A stretch of DNA of 64,000 nt from an uncultured delta proteobacterium (GCA_963848135.1 CAWKCK010000018.1:572938-636937), one strand, 5' to 3'; counted from the first letter of the stretch, positions 11,341-21,305 are shown. The notes: generated by a model not told the origin, from the sequence alone. Made by a program: numbers and translations.

Positions 11341-11616
11341 CTAATGGGGTTAAAAGCCACCCGACATGTAGAAATCTTGAACCCTTAATTAACGCCCACG
11401 GATGGAATATAGTGTTGGGTAGGAAATGACCTCCTTAGTATCTATAATTTCATCTCTAAGCCCACCACCTCAATATCTTGTATAGCCCTAAAAATTAAGA
11501 TAAGCGTGGTCTAATACCAACAATCCACGCCTTTTATCTGAAGAGTCCTTGTCAACATTGATACAAAGAGGATGCCCTGACTATCAAGCAAATAATTATA
11601 TACCTGGGCGTCTCCT

Positions 11617-13059
11617 TCAGTCGTGGCTCTCTCCTTCAGGTATATAGGTAACGGTTTCTCCTTTCAACATTTTCAACTTTAGCTGGCGGTTATCATCGTT
11701 GGCCAGGTATAATGTGCGACTTGGAAAAGCAAAGTCGATACCCTCATCATTAAATCTTCTTAATACCATCAGACAGGTTCGTTGCAGCCATTCTTGCATA
11801 TCCCAGTAATTTGCCGGATGATACCAGGCAATCACCGATATATTCAGACTCCAATCATTGAATCCATTAAAGTAAACCCGTGGCGGAAAGTCTGGATGCA
11901 TTCCTTCGTGATTGGCCAGTATTTCCTTTATGATTGATACGGCCTTTTCCACTCTGTCTGGTGGTGTGTCATAGGTTATTGTGATATTAGTTAGCCACCT
12001 GATATGAGGGCGTTTGCCGATATTTTCCAAGCCCGAATTAACAATTTTTTCATTGGGGATCGTCACTAAGTGTCCGGTCAACGTTCGGATACGCGTACTA
12101 CGAAAGCCCACACCCTCAACAACACCATCGTAATTTTCAATCAAGATACGTTCACCAACCTGGAAGGGTTTGTCAAACAGAATGGTCAGAGTACCAAAAA
12201 AATTAGCAATCGAATCCTTGGCTGCCAATGCGATAGCTATTCCACCGATGCCCAGAGAGGCAAGTAAGGGGCCAATATTAACACCGGTTAAATTCTGTAT
12301 GATTAAAAGGCCTCCGATTATGACAATGAAGACCCGCAGAGTCTTGCCGGCTAGCGGGGCCAAGACATCATCAATGGTACTATCCGTTGAGGCAGCCCAC
12401 TTTTTAAGGTGAAAATCCACGATAGATACCAGCTTGAAAATGAACCAAACTATCGCGACGGCCCCACCTAAATCAGCAGCTTTCTGTGCAATGGTAAGAA
12501 CTAAATTGGTTCCATCAGGTTTTCGAAAATGCACAAACAACGGGGTCAGAACAAGATATATTCCATAGATCCATATAAACATTGACAATGGGTTGGCTAT
12601 TGTCTCCAAAAAAAGGTATTTTATTTTTTTTTCTTCTTTTTCTTTTTCTGCTTTTCTCCTTTTGCGATCAAGAACCAGACGCACAATTCGTTCAATTATC
12701 AATACAACAAAAAGCAGTAAAAGACTTAGTATTAGTTTGAGCCACGTAATGCCTGCAAATGCCTTCGCATCTATCCAGCCCCCAATGCGTGAAGATGCTT
12801 GTTGAGTAAAATTATCGATTTGTTGTCCGACTTTTTCACCGGCCACGTCAACCTTTGTAGGCTCTTCAGGTATCTCTTTTGCTGGGAGGTCAGATGGTGA
12901 TTCGGTTTTTGATTTAGTTTCTGCAGACGTTGTCGTTTGGACTTTTTTAGTATTAGATTCGACGCTTTGCCCCCGGGCTGGCAAATAAAAAGTGAGTACT
13001 AAAAAAATTACCAGAATGGGAAATGATATACAGCAAAGTCTTTTTACAGTTAAACACAT
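11617..13059 (-). CDS. MscS family mechanosensitive channel
   Basis: LASLGIGGIAIALAAKD, DKPFQVGE, VGFRSTRIRT, IPN and FAFPS motifs; GGAGG before ATG 13059. Confidence 0.92.
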   Translation of the reverse strand: MCLTVKRLCCISFPILVIFLVLTFYLPARGQSVESNTKKVQTTTSAETKSKTESPSDLPAKEIPEEPTKVDVAGEKVGQQIDNFTQQASSRIGGWIDAKAFAGITWLKLILSLLLLFVVLIIERIVRLVLDRKRRKAEKEKEEKKIKYLFLETIANPLSMFIWIYGIYLVLTPLFVHFRKPDGTNLVLTIAQKAADLGGAVAIVWFIFKLVSIVDFHLKKWAASTDSTIDDVLAPLAGKTLRVFIVIIGGLLIIQNLTGVNIGPLLASLGIGGIAIALAAKDSIANFFGTLTILFDKPFQVGERILIENYDGVVEGVGFRSTRIRTLTGHLVTIPNEKIVNSGLENIGKRPHIRWLTNITITYDTPPDRVEKAVSIIKEILANHEGMHPDFPPRVYFNGFNDWSLNISVIAWYHPANYWDMQEWLQRTCLMVLRRFNDEGIDFAFPSRTLYLANDDNRQLKLKMLKGETVTYIPEGESHD

Positions 13060-13267
13060 TCTCCCCTCCATTTTTACTGATGACCACAAGAAAAAGAGTA
13101 GCAGCTGGTTTTATAGAGAAATAGGCGCCGAATAGCATACCTCAACTGTGAATCCTCATTGCAAATAGAAAAGGCAGACCACAACATCTTGTGTTTACCA
13201 TTTTGTTGCCAAGATAGTGATACATTGAGAGTAACTGGTAAAAACCAGATTCGTCAAGGCTCGTACC

Positions 13268-13410
13268 TTCTTGCCATAACCGTAACTCACAGTCATTACG
13301 CTAAGTGTAACGATACGGTCTGGCAATCTAAGGAAATCGACTATTTAATAGCTCAGAGATCGTAGCAGAGGGCGTGAGTCGGTCAGATCTTGTGTTTTGT
13401 TAGAGGTATA
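13268..13410. repeat. ~140-bp intergenic repeat, copy R2 (most complete)
   Basis: TTCTTGCCA..ACGATACGGTCTGGC..ATAGCTCAGAGATCGTAGCAGA..GCGTGAGTCGGTCAGA..TTTTGTT. Confidence 0.8.
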
Positions 13411-13435
13411 TGCAATTTCATTGGTTTGAGAATCA

Positions 13436-15109
13436 TCATTTCTTTTTATCAGAATTTACTAAATCTTCCTCAATTTTTACGGCCACTATAGTTATGTCAT
13501 CTTCTATTGCAGAATCTTTTTGGAATTGATCCAGGGCAGAAAAGACTGCTTCGATTATTTCCTTAGCTTTTTTAACGGAATTTTTGCGTATGATTTCATA
13601 TAGTCGCTCTTTGCCAAAAATCTCTCCAGCTCGATTGTGCGCCTCCCAGACTCCGTCAGTGCTTAGAACAATGATTTGACCCTTAGCAAGATCCAGTTTT
13701 TCGTTTAACTCATATCGCCAGTTTTTGTCCACACCGAGTGCGATACCATTGCCTTTCAAATCTTCGAATGTATTTGTAGCAGGGTCGTAAAAGATGCCAG
13801 GATCATGCCCCGCACGTACCCACTGTAAACTTTGTTTTTCGGGATCAACGGTTAGATAAAACAGTGTCATAAACTGCCCCGAATCCTCGACATCGCGAAC
13901 CAGTTGATAATTTACATCGGAGATTATTTGTGCGGTGCTACCCGGAAGAGATAAGCGTTGCCGCAATGAAGAACGGGCCGTAGCCATAAGCAGAGCGGAA
14001 GGAATGCCATGGCCTGAAACATCACCAATAGCCACGCCTATCTTTTTATTCTTGGCCTCATCAATTGTAATAAAATCGTAATAATCGCCACCGGTTTCAT
14101 CACAATATATGCTTCTGCCTGCTATATCCAATCCTTCGATTTTCAGATTACCTTTTGGTAAAAGATTCTGTTGGACTTCCATTGCCAGGTCAAGTGATTG
14201 GCGCATCCTGTCTCGTTCTATGAGGCCATCGGTCATTTCGTTAATTACATCGCCGACATATCCGATTTCATCGTTGGAAGTAACTTTAACTCGCGAACCA
14301 AACTTGCCAATCGTTACTTGTTTTAAAACGACCACCATTGCATCCAAGGATTTTTTCAAGTTCAGAGCCACAATCAGGACCAACCCACCACCAATAGCCA
14401 CAACAACCGGAATTAGCATCCACAAACCGGTAGTAAGCATTTCAAGTGAATCGATCGCATTGCGACCGGAAATGGCAACACGATATAGGCTGGTAAGGAT
14501 CGCTAAAAAAGGTATTAGATTGATGGCTACAAAGACCGCAAATAGTCGTACAGTAAGATTGATCCGCCGGGTGCCCTTAACATCGTATAATTTCCCTCTG
14601 GGGAATACATAGGGTGCCAGGTACGATTGTAAAATCCGTTCAAGCAAAAAGAAAGCTATCGTGGTTGATACCAGACCAGTCAATAATGCATCAAACCGGT
14701 TCATACTTATTTCTTGCCACGAAAGACCAAAGTTACGTTCAAAGGCGGCAAAGGTTATCCCTGCCAGAATCCAAGCGGCCATATCCATACCAATAATAAC
14801 AAACGGTTCGTTTAATAATCTTTTTTTAACCCTTGATTCGAGTTCAGAGGATATTGGGGCGTCGGACCACAGTTTTTCATAATAGCCACGAATAGGCCAC
14901 TCGTACAAAATAATAAACATAAAAAATAAAGCAAAGATGGGACCAAAATAGTTGGCAGTACGAATGTGAAACTCAACATATTTATCCGACTGATAGCCTC
15001 GTAAGATAAACTCGTAGATTACATAGAGCAATCCAGCTCCAATGGCTGTTGCCAATAGATTGGCCGTAAACATGGCGTTTTTCAGGCAAAAAAGACGAAA
15101 CCGTGTCAT
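13436..15109 (-). CDS. Membrane HAMP-domain SpoIIE/PP2C (RsbU-like) phosphatase
   Basis: TM helices; HAMP (NDEIG); GGDYYD, GDVSGHG, AGH, TDG and DDIT motifs. Confidence 0.92.
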   Translation of the reverse strand: MTRFRLFCLKNAMFTANLLATAIGAGLLYVIYEFILRGYQSDKYVEFHIRTANYFGPIFALFFMFIILYEWPIRGYYEKLWSDAPISSELESRVKKRLLNEPFVIIGMDMAAWILAGITFAAFERNFGLSWQEISMNRFDALLTGLVSTTIAFFLLERILQSYLAPYVFPRGKLYDVKGTRRINLTVRLFAVFVAINLIPFLAILTSLYRVAISGRNAIDSLEMLTTGLWMLIPVVVAIGGGLVLIVALNLKKSLDAMVVVLKQVTIGKFGSRVKVTSNDEIGYVGDVINEMTDGLIERDRMRQSLDLAMEVQQNLLPKGNLKIEGLDIAGRSIYCDETGGDYYDFITIDEAKNKKIGVAIGDVSGHGIPSALLMATARSSLRQRLSLPGSTAQIISDVNYQLVRDVEDSGQFMTLFYLTVDPEKQSLQWVRAGHDPGIFYDPATNTFEDLKGNGIALGVDKNWRYELNEKLDLAKGQIIVLSTDGVWEAHNRAGEIFGKERLYEIIRKNSVKKAKEIIEAVFSALDQFQKDSAIEDDITIVAVKIEEDLVNSDKKK

Positions 15110-15264
15110 TTTTCCAATAGGGCCTTTATCTGTAGAGTGTGAATCGACAGGATTGGGTTGGAATCAAATTTTAGTTTGATTCAAGAACTATTTAAAGCAG
15201 AAATCAATCGGAATGCTGAATTAGTAGTGATAATATACCCAAAAAACAACAATTTTTAAGTTTA

Positions 15265-15303
15265 TATATTGAGACTATATGGATCTTCTGGGGTGGGTCA
15301 ATA
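15265..15303. repeat. 37-bp direct repeat, copy 1 (copy 2 at ~16429-16465)
   Basis: tattgagactata.gga.ctt.tggggtgggtcaata with 3 mismatches; both copies read TTGACC-N16-TATAGT on the - strand. Confidence 0.85.
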
Positions 15304-15377
15304 CGTAGAACTGGGCCGTCACGATCAGTACGACGCAGGAACGGCGAGCCGGTTCGGTCTCAAGTGGTGTGTTATAT
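15302..15377 (-). other. attC-like integron recombination site
   Basis: ATATAAC directly after the GNAT stop; N5 spacers; bottom-strand stem actgggccg/cggtctcaagt with two bulged bases; ends ...tctacGT. Confidence 0.7.
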
Positions 15378-15379
15378 GT

Positions 15380-16400
15380 TTAGATCATTTTTTTCATAAT
15401 TAAATCATTTTGCAATTCATTCCCCATTCTGAATGGATGCCGTCCTGCTTTTTTAAATCTCATTTTTTTATAGAATGATATTGCATCTATATTTTTTTCC
15501 CACACACCTAACCATACATAATTCTTCTTCATCTCTTTCGCTAACTGAAGTGAAAATTTAACTAGCTTTTTACCTAGTCCTTTTCCTTTGAAGGTCTAGC
15601 AGACCGCAGCTTTTATCGATCGGCCGCGAGTAAATGCGACGGAAGGCCAGGTTCGATTTTGAACGAATGATGAAGAAGGCCGGCACCTGATGGAGCGTAT
15701 AGAGCCTTTTAAAATCCAGATAGCCGCGATCCATGATATAAATCGAACCGATTTCAGCCTCCAGCCGGTCAAGGATGTTTACCTCATGCACCTTGCCATC
15801 GGTAATGGCAATCATAGAGGGAATATTGCCGCGCAAGTCAAGCAGGGTATGTAACTTGATTGCCGCTTTTGTTTTCCGAAATTGCGCCCATGGGAATACG
15901 GAAAGACATAGATCTATGATGGTCGCATCCAAAGCATAGATGGTCTCTTGCAATTGCAGACCAAAATCTTCACCGGCATAGAGTCTGCGGGCTTCATCGA
16001 TCAGAATTTTGGCAAAGTCTCTGTAAATGCGCCAGTCACGTTTTTCATTCGCATCTGCTAATGTGCTTTTTGAGACTTTGCTGCGAATGCCCATGTGATA
16101 AATCTTGATATATATTCTTTCCATTTCAATTGAATCAGTATCATTGATATCTGATTGAGCTGGTGCATCATTGATCTTTAGATATCCAGCCAATTCATTC
16201 TCTGCATACAAAAAGTAGAATAAACTGTTTTTATTATTTAATTCCGCTAATAGCTTTTTCTTATTGAACGCTTCTTGAAGATAAGAATCTATAGTTTCTT
16301 GACTATTCATCGTTCGAAAAGTCTCATCATAGGTTTCGTACCCTATGGCTTGTAATTTATCCAATTCAGTTATCGAGCAAGGCCGTATATTGATATACAT
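15380..16400 (-). pseudogene. PaiA-like GNAT acetyltransferase interrupted by an IS4 transposase fragment
   Basis: N-part ends MERIYIK; C-part TFKGKGLGK..VWLGVWEKN..FYKK..MI* lies at 15380-15597. Confidence 0.88.
15598..16102 (-). mobile_element. 505-bp internal IS4-family transposase fragment, no ends
   Basis: YHMGIRSKVSKSTLADANE..ALDAT..KLHTLLD..MDRGY. Confidence 0.85.
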
Positions 16401-16576
16401 AAACCGATTTCTCCCAGAATCTGTGATATATTGAGACTATAAGGAACTTGTGGGGTGGGTCAATAATTTTGCTTGCTTGATAATCATTTAAAAGGCACCT
16501 CCTAATCGCAAATGACACAGCGATTCGTTATAAAGGGTTAACCCCAATCATAACCCTATAACGAAGGAGGTGCCCT

Positions 16577-17596
16577 ATGGAACTGTACGCCGGTCTGGAT
16601 CTTCATTCAAGAAATACCTACATCGGAATCATGGACGATGCATTGAACCGTGTCTTCAAAAAACGTGTATCCAATGACCTTGACCAAATTCTTCATACTT
16701 TAAAACCCTTCAAAAAACGATTAAAGGGATTTGTTGTAGAGTCCACCTACAACTGGTACTGGCTCGTAGATGGCCTCATGGATGCGAGATATGGCTCTGC
16801 ACACTTGGCCAACCCGTCGGCAATCAAACAATACGAAGGGCTAAAGTACAGTGACGATCAGCATGACGCCTTTTTTCTGGCCCAACTTCTCATACTCGGT
16901 ATTTTGCCCGAAGGCTACATTTACCCAAAGCAACATCGCCCGGTGCGGGACCTGGCACGCAAACGGATGTTTTTAGTCCGGCACAAGACCGCGAACATCT
17001 TGAGCCTGCAATCGCTCATTCAAAGATGCTGTGCAGTAAAAATAAGCACCAGTGACATCCGAAAGATAAACGTCGAAGCATTGGAAAGGTGGCTAAAAGA
17101 AGAGTACCTGATTTTCTCTGCTCAAACCAGTTTGGATACAATCAACTTTCTGAAGCAGAAGATTAAACATTTAGAGAAGGCGATCATACAGAGAGTCAAA
17201 CTCAATAAAGGGTTCAGGCAACTGCTGACAATACCCGGTATCGGTAAAATTATGGCTATGACTATCATGCTGGAAGTGGGTGACATCAATCGTTTTCCAA
17301 AGGTCGGCAATTTTGCTTCCTACTGTCGGTGCGTGCCATCCAAGCGGTTGTCCGACGGAAAAAGCAAGGGGTGTGGCAATCGTAAAAACGGCAATCGCTA
17401 CCTGAGCTGGGCCCTCACTGAAGCCGCTCAATTGGGCCGTCGGTATAATGAACAGTTTAGACGATACTATAACCGCAAGGTTGCTCAGGCCAATACCAGC
17501 CTGGCGACCAAAGCGCTGGGCAACAAACTGGCCCGCATCTGCTACTATATCATGAGAGATCAGGTTCCCTTTCGTGAGGAGCTTCTTGCGCAATAG
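16577..17596 (+). CDS. IS110-family recombinase/transposase
   Basis: GLDLH, VEST and KYSDDQHDA (DEDD motif); TIPGIG; SDGK; GNRYL. Confidence 0.95.
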   Translation: MELYAGLDLHSRNTYIGIMDDALNRVFKKRVSNDLDQILHTLKPFKKRLKGFVVESTYNWYWLVDGLMDARYGSAHLANPSAIKQYEGLKYSDDQHDAFFLAQLLILGILPEGYIYPKQHRPVRDLARKRMFLVRHKTANILSLQSLIQRCCAVKISTSDIRKINVEALERWLKEEYLIFSAQTSLDTINFLKQKIKHLEKAIIQRVKLNKGFRQLLTIPGIGKIMAMTIMLEVGDINRFPKVGNFASYCRCVPSKRLSDGKSKGCGNRKNGNRYLSWALTEAAQLGRRYNEQFRRYYNRKVAQANTSLATKALGNKLARICYYIMRDQVPFREELLAQ

Positions 17597-17900
17597 TTTG
17601 GGACTGCAGCGGTGATCCTTTGCTATTGGTGGTTAAAATCCCTATTGCTTGGTTGGCCACCGCTGCTCTCCCTACAAAATAGATTCAGGCGGGTGTCCGC
17701 TTTTTCGATCTGCCCTTGTCATAAGCTCGCAATGGCTGGCCCGAAAGGAGCCCTATCTCTTGTGACAACCCAATTGGCTTTGACAAGGTACCGATTTTTT
17801 CTGGGGTCTGGTTTCGGACCAGGGGCTTTAGATATTCTCTCTTTGGCCTTGATCCTGATGGGTGCCTGTTAGCAGATTAAGTGACGCTGCATAGCAAACA
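17597..17900 (+). ncRNA. Putative seekRNA / bridge-RNA region
   Basis: Stem gcagcggtg/caccgctgc (17606-17666) encloses target-matching segments; donor-like ATGGGTG at 17858. Confidence 0.55.
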
Positions 17901-18116
17901 AAAAGAAATTTCGGGAGCAGGTAAAAAAAATTGGACGAACGTCGAGCTGAATTTTGTTCCTGCAAAAAATATACCCCTTTTGCGATGGCGTGGTGTTTTT
18001 TGTTGACGGAAGCCTTTTAATGGGTGCCACAGGCACAACTATCGGAAATCATACCACCTGTTACGATATGATCTGGCTATCACAGTCTTTTCAATGATTC
18101 CTGAACTTTCCTTAGA

Positions 18117-19974
18117 GGCAAGTAGCGCGGAGGAGTCTCACCCCTACGCCCTCCAAGAACCGTACGTGACAGTCTCCCGTCATACGGCTCCTACTGTCCA
18201 GCCGAAGGCCGGAAGCCAAATCCCCAGGATGCGAGCAGTCTGGGTTCCCGACGGGCTATACGTCCCAACCAATGGGCCGCCCTTCGCCAATGACCTCGCA
18301 GTCTTTTGTATTTCCGCATGGCCCAACGTACCAATGCATTTTGAATCTGACGTAAGATGGGATAAAGTGCTGTTTTGCGAAATTTGCCATAGTAATTCAA
18401 CCAACCTCTAACCACGGGGTTGATTCGTTTGGCAATATCCTCCAAAGAAGCGGAACTCCACAATTGCAATTTCCACCCTCTTATTTTTGCACCCATCTCT
18501 TTGACGGCTGATTTGCTGACCGCTGGTGTAAAACCCACAAAGCAATTCCGCCCCTTACACAAACGAGCACGAAATTCATAGCCGAGAAAATCAAAACTCT
18601 CGTGCATGTAACTTCCCGGGCGTGTGGCGTTCTTACAATAGACAATCTTCGTCTTCTGCGGACTCAATTTTAACTTACACCGCGCCAGCCGCAGTTCAAT
18701 GGCTCTCAACATAAATTTTGCTTGAAATTCCGTACGGCAATGCACAATGATGTCATCCGCATACCTCGCAAATACAGCAATCGGATGGCTTACTCTCATC
18801 CATTCATCAAACACATGGTGAAGAAAAATATTGGCCAGCAAGGGGCTAATTACACCCCCTTGGGGTGTGCCCTTTTCTCTTTCGATTAGGCTGCCATCTG
18901 CCAGCTGTGCTGGAGCTTTTAGCCACCTCTCTATGTAGAGCAATATCCACCTGCTATTCGTATGTTTCCTCACTGCATGTAACATCAGATTGTGGTCAAT
19001 TTCATCGAAAAACCCTTGGATGTCTAAATCCAACACCCAGCCATACCTCCAGCACCGCTTGCGAACCACGGCCACCGCATCAAGTGCCGATTTGCCGGTT
19101 ATATAACCATAAGAGTCCGCATGAAATATCGGTGCCACTTGTGGCTCCAGATACATCTTGACCACCATTTGCGCCACACGGTCCGAGACAGCTGGTATAC
19201 CCAACCTTCTGGACCGCCCATCACGCTTGGGAATATCTACCGTACGAACTGGCGGTGGGAAATAGCTTCCCGAGGACATGCGATTCCAGACTTTATAAAG
19301 ATTGTCTTTGAGATCGACCTCAAAGTCTTCAATCGACTGCCCATCGACGCCCGCCGCACCGCGGTTTGCTTTTACCCGACAAAACGCCTCCCAAACGGCA
19401 TGCTTGGAAATACTATACGGCTTTGTTTTAGTCACCGGTTCCTCCCATCTCTGGTTGACCTTGTCACTAAAACCGGACAGCACAACCCCTTCGCTCCATC
19501 TGCATTACACAGACTTCATCACTACTTCGGGTTGTTCCGCCCCCGTGTCCCGCATCGGTACTCTCACGCTTGTGGGTCCGCCACTTGCGTTTCTCCCTTA
19601 ACATCGAGACGACAGGTTCCCACGTTCCATACAAAAGCCTGAATCAAGGTCATGCCATCTTTATGCCGGACGCCGCCCAGACAGTAAGCAGGTGGCCTCT
19701 GGGCTTATCCTGGGATTCTGCTAGTACCCCAGTTTTGACGTCATCTCTGCCTTTTCGACACCTCAGCAATGGTTCGCTCGCGCTCATCTCCTTGATTCAT
19801 ACCTGATCCCGTCAAGCGAGACCTTTTCCTTAACGCTCACCACCCTGGCTCTTTACCAGCGCAGCTTAAGGTGGTTTGAAACCTGCTCCTGCAAGCCGGT
19901 TCCGAGGGGCCTACCCTCATCTTTTGTACAGTTACACACACTCTATTTATATTTAAAGTGCGCTCGTGGCACAC
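18117..19974 (-). mobile_element. Group II intron (RmInt1-like, probably bacterial class D)
   Basis: 5' GTGTGC at 19974; domain V GAGCCGTATGACGGGAGACTGTCACGTACGGTTC; domain VI ends ...CTACTTGCC. Confidence 0.92.
18191..19435 (-). CDS. ltrA: Group II intron reverse transcriptase/maturase without an endonuclease domain
   Basis: GAAGVDG, GTPQGGVISPLLANI, RYADD, FDFLG and GWLNYY motifs; GTG start after GAGG (ORF open to 19483). Confidence 0.93.
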   Translation of the reverse strand: MTKTKPYSISKHAVWEAFCRVKANRGAAGVDGQSIEDFEVDLKDNLYKVWNRMSSGSYFPPPVRTVDIPKRDGRSRRLGIPAVSDRVAQMVVKMYLEPQVAPIFHADSYGYITGKSALDAVAVVRKRCWRYGWVLDLDIQGFFDEIDHNLMLHAVRKHTNSRWILLYIERWLKAPAQLADGSLIEREKGTPQGGVISPLLANIFLHHVFDEWMRVSHPIAVFARYADDIIVHCRTEFQAKFMLRAIELRLARCKLKLSPQKTKIVYCKNATRPGSYMHESFDFLGYEFRARLCKGRNCFVGFTPAVSKSAVKEMGAKIRGWKLQLWSSASLEDIAKRINPVVRGWLNYYGKFRKTALYPILRQIQNALVRWAMRKYKRLRGHWRRAAHWLGRIARREPRLLASWGFGFRPSAGQ

Positions 19975-20160
19975 TAGCAGCAAGCGTGAGCCGGTCAGAC
20001 CTTATGTTTTGTTTACAGTATCTGGGTTTTCAGGGGATCGATTCTATACAGATATTATTCGGCTAAATTAATTGTGAGACTAAAATCACCAAGAATTGTA
20101 TTACCAACGACAGAAGCAAATCCAGCACTAGCTTTGCCTATACTACTAATGATATTTCTA

Positions 20161-21126
20161 TCATTTTTTTCTAAGTTTTTTTCTAATGCCAAATAAGCCA
20201 ATTATCCCGGAACCCAAAAGCCATAAGGCTCCTGGAATAGGTACCTGTGAAGTTTCTGTCAAAAAAACACCTGACGCAGATTCAAAGGTAATTCCTTCAG
20301 GAACTGTAATAGAAAATTGTCCAGTATTCATAAAATTAGCATAGCCTTCATACACAGTAACTGAGAGGGAACCGCGAATTGAAAGATCTAATGGATCCCA
20401 TCTTGCACTGGGATTTAAGTTAATTAACCATGATGGAGGACCAGCACTGGGATCCATCCATATCGTTCTACTCAAAGTGGCCGCTCCATCTGATATATCA
20501 TCACTCCACTCAGTCGGGGAATTTGTACCTGTGATGAAACCATCGGGGCCTCCTATTGCGTAATTGATCATAGTGGAACCACCCACACCGTTAGGACTTA
20601 AAAAGCCATCTACCACCCATTCCAATTCTACTGGAAAAGGTTCGGTTGCACCGGAGAAGTGCAAAGTATCAAGCAATTCCGAACTAGCAGAAAAGGCAGC
20701 ACCCCAAGAGTTTATATCTACTGGCCCGTCTCCAAAATCGTAATAAACTTTTCCTGTTGAATCTGCACTGACTCTCAATTTTCCTGTAGAAGCAAAAACA
20801 CCTGCTGAAGCATTTCCGTCGTACTCAACCCAAGCATAACCTGGGTTCGCAACCCAATAGTTATATGAACCTGAGAGACTATATGATGCGGTCGCCATTC
20901 CTGAACCAATGTTCGTGTTAGCTTCACTTATATTACCACCTGCATCATTCGGGTATGTATATACGCCAGCTGTAGCAGTTGCCCTATTATAATCAGTAGG
21001 GAAAATATATGAATGAGCGTTTATTGGTAAGATAAAAATTGTAACCGATAAAAAGAATGTAATACATAGAAGAGATATTCTACGCTTTAATGCAAATTCC
21101 TTAATATGATATGATTCCTTAGCCAT
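20161..21126 (-). CDS. VPLPA-CTERM (PEP-CTERM-like) exosortase substrate
   Basis: Signal peptide; C-terminal VPIPGALWLLGSGIIGLFGIRKK. Confidence 0.85.
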   Translation of the reverse strand: MAKESYHIKEFALKRRISLLCITFFLSVTIFILPINAHSYIFPTDYNRATATAGVYTYPNDAGGNISEANTNIGSGMATASYSLSGSYNYWVANPGYAWVEYDGNASAGVFASTGKLRVSADSTGKVYYDFGDGPVDINSWGAAFSASSELLDTLHFSGATEPFPVELEWVVDGFLSPNGVGGSTMINYAIGGPDGFITGTNSPTEWSDDISDGAATLSRTIWMDPSAGPPSWLINLNPSARWDPLDLSIRGSLSVTVYEGYANFMNTGQFSITVPEGITFESASGVFLTETSQVPIPGALWLLGSGIIGLFGIRKKLRKK

Positions 21127-21224
21127 AGATACCTCCTCTGAGTATAATGACTCTAAACTTTGAAAAAAGTTCAGGTAAAGGACTAAGTATTCTGTTAACA
21201 AAAAATGCAAGACCACCCAGATGT

Positions 21225-21305
21225 TAGGCAACCCGACTATCTATCAGCTTTGCTAAGACCCTTGGTTTTCCGTTCTGGCTTTTTAGCAAGGTTGGCTTTA
21301 TCTGT
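21225..21305 (-). promoter_or_regulatory. c-di-GMP-I (GEMM-I) riboswitch, degenerate
   Basis: GATAAAGCCAACC..ACGGAAAACC.AGGGTCT..GATAGTCGGGTTGCC, upstream of the VPLPA-CTERM gene. Confidence 0.7.

Larger units (their letters stand above)
16478..18026 (+). mobile_element. IS110-family element, IS1111 group
   Basis: TG core at both ends; subterminal IRs catttaaaaggc (16485-16496) and gccttttaatg (18012-18022); long 3' non-coding region. Confidence 0.85.

Noticed and set aside
11199..13410. The 140-bp repeats as attC sites
   Set aside because: No paired R''/R' boxes and no long imperfect palindrome.
15570..16400. 276-aa ORF as a real GNAT-transposase fusion
   Set aside because: It results from an insertion; the true GNAT C-terminus is in another frame.
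15265..16465. 37-bp repeats as a CRISPR array
   Set aside because: Only two copies, 1.1 kb apart, and no cas genes in the window.
18191..19483. RT as a retron, DGR or defence RT
   Set aside because: Intron ends, domains V/VI and EBS-IBS pairing are present.
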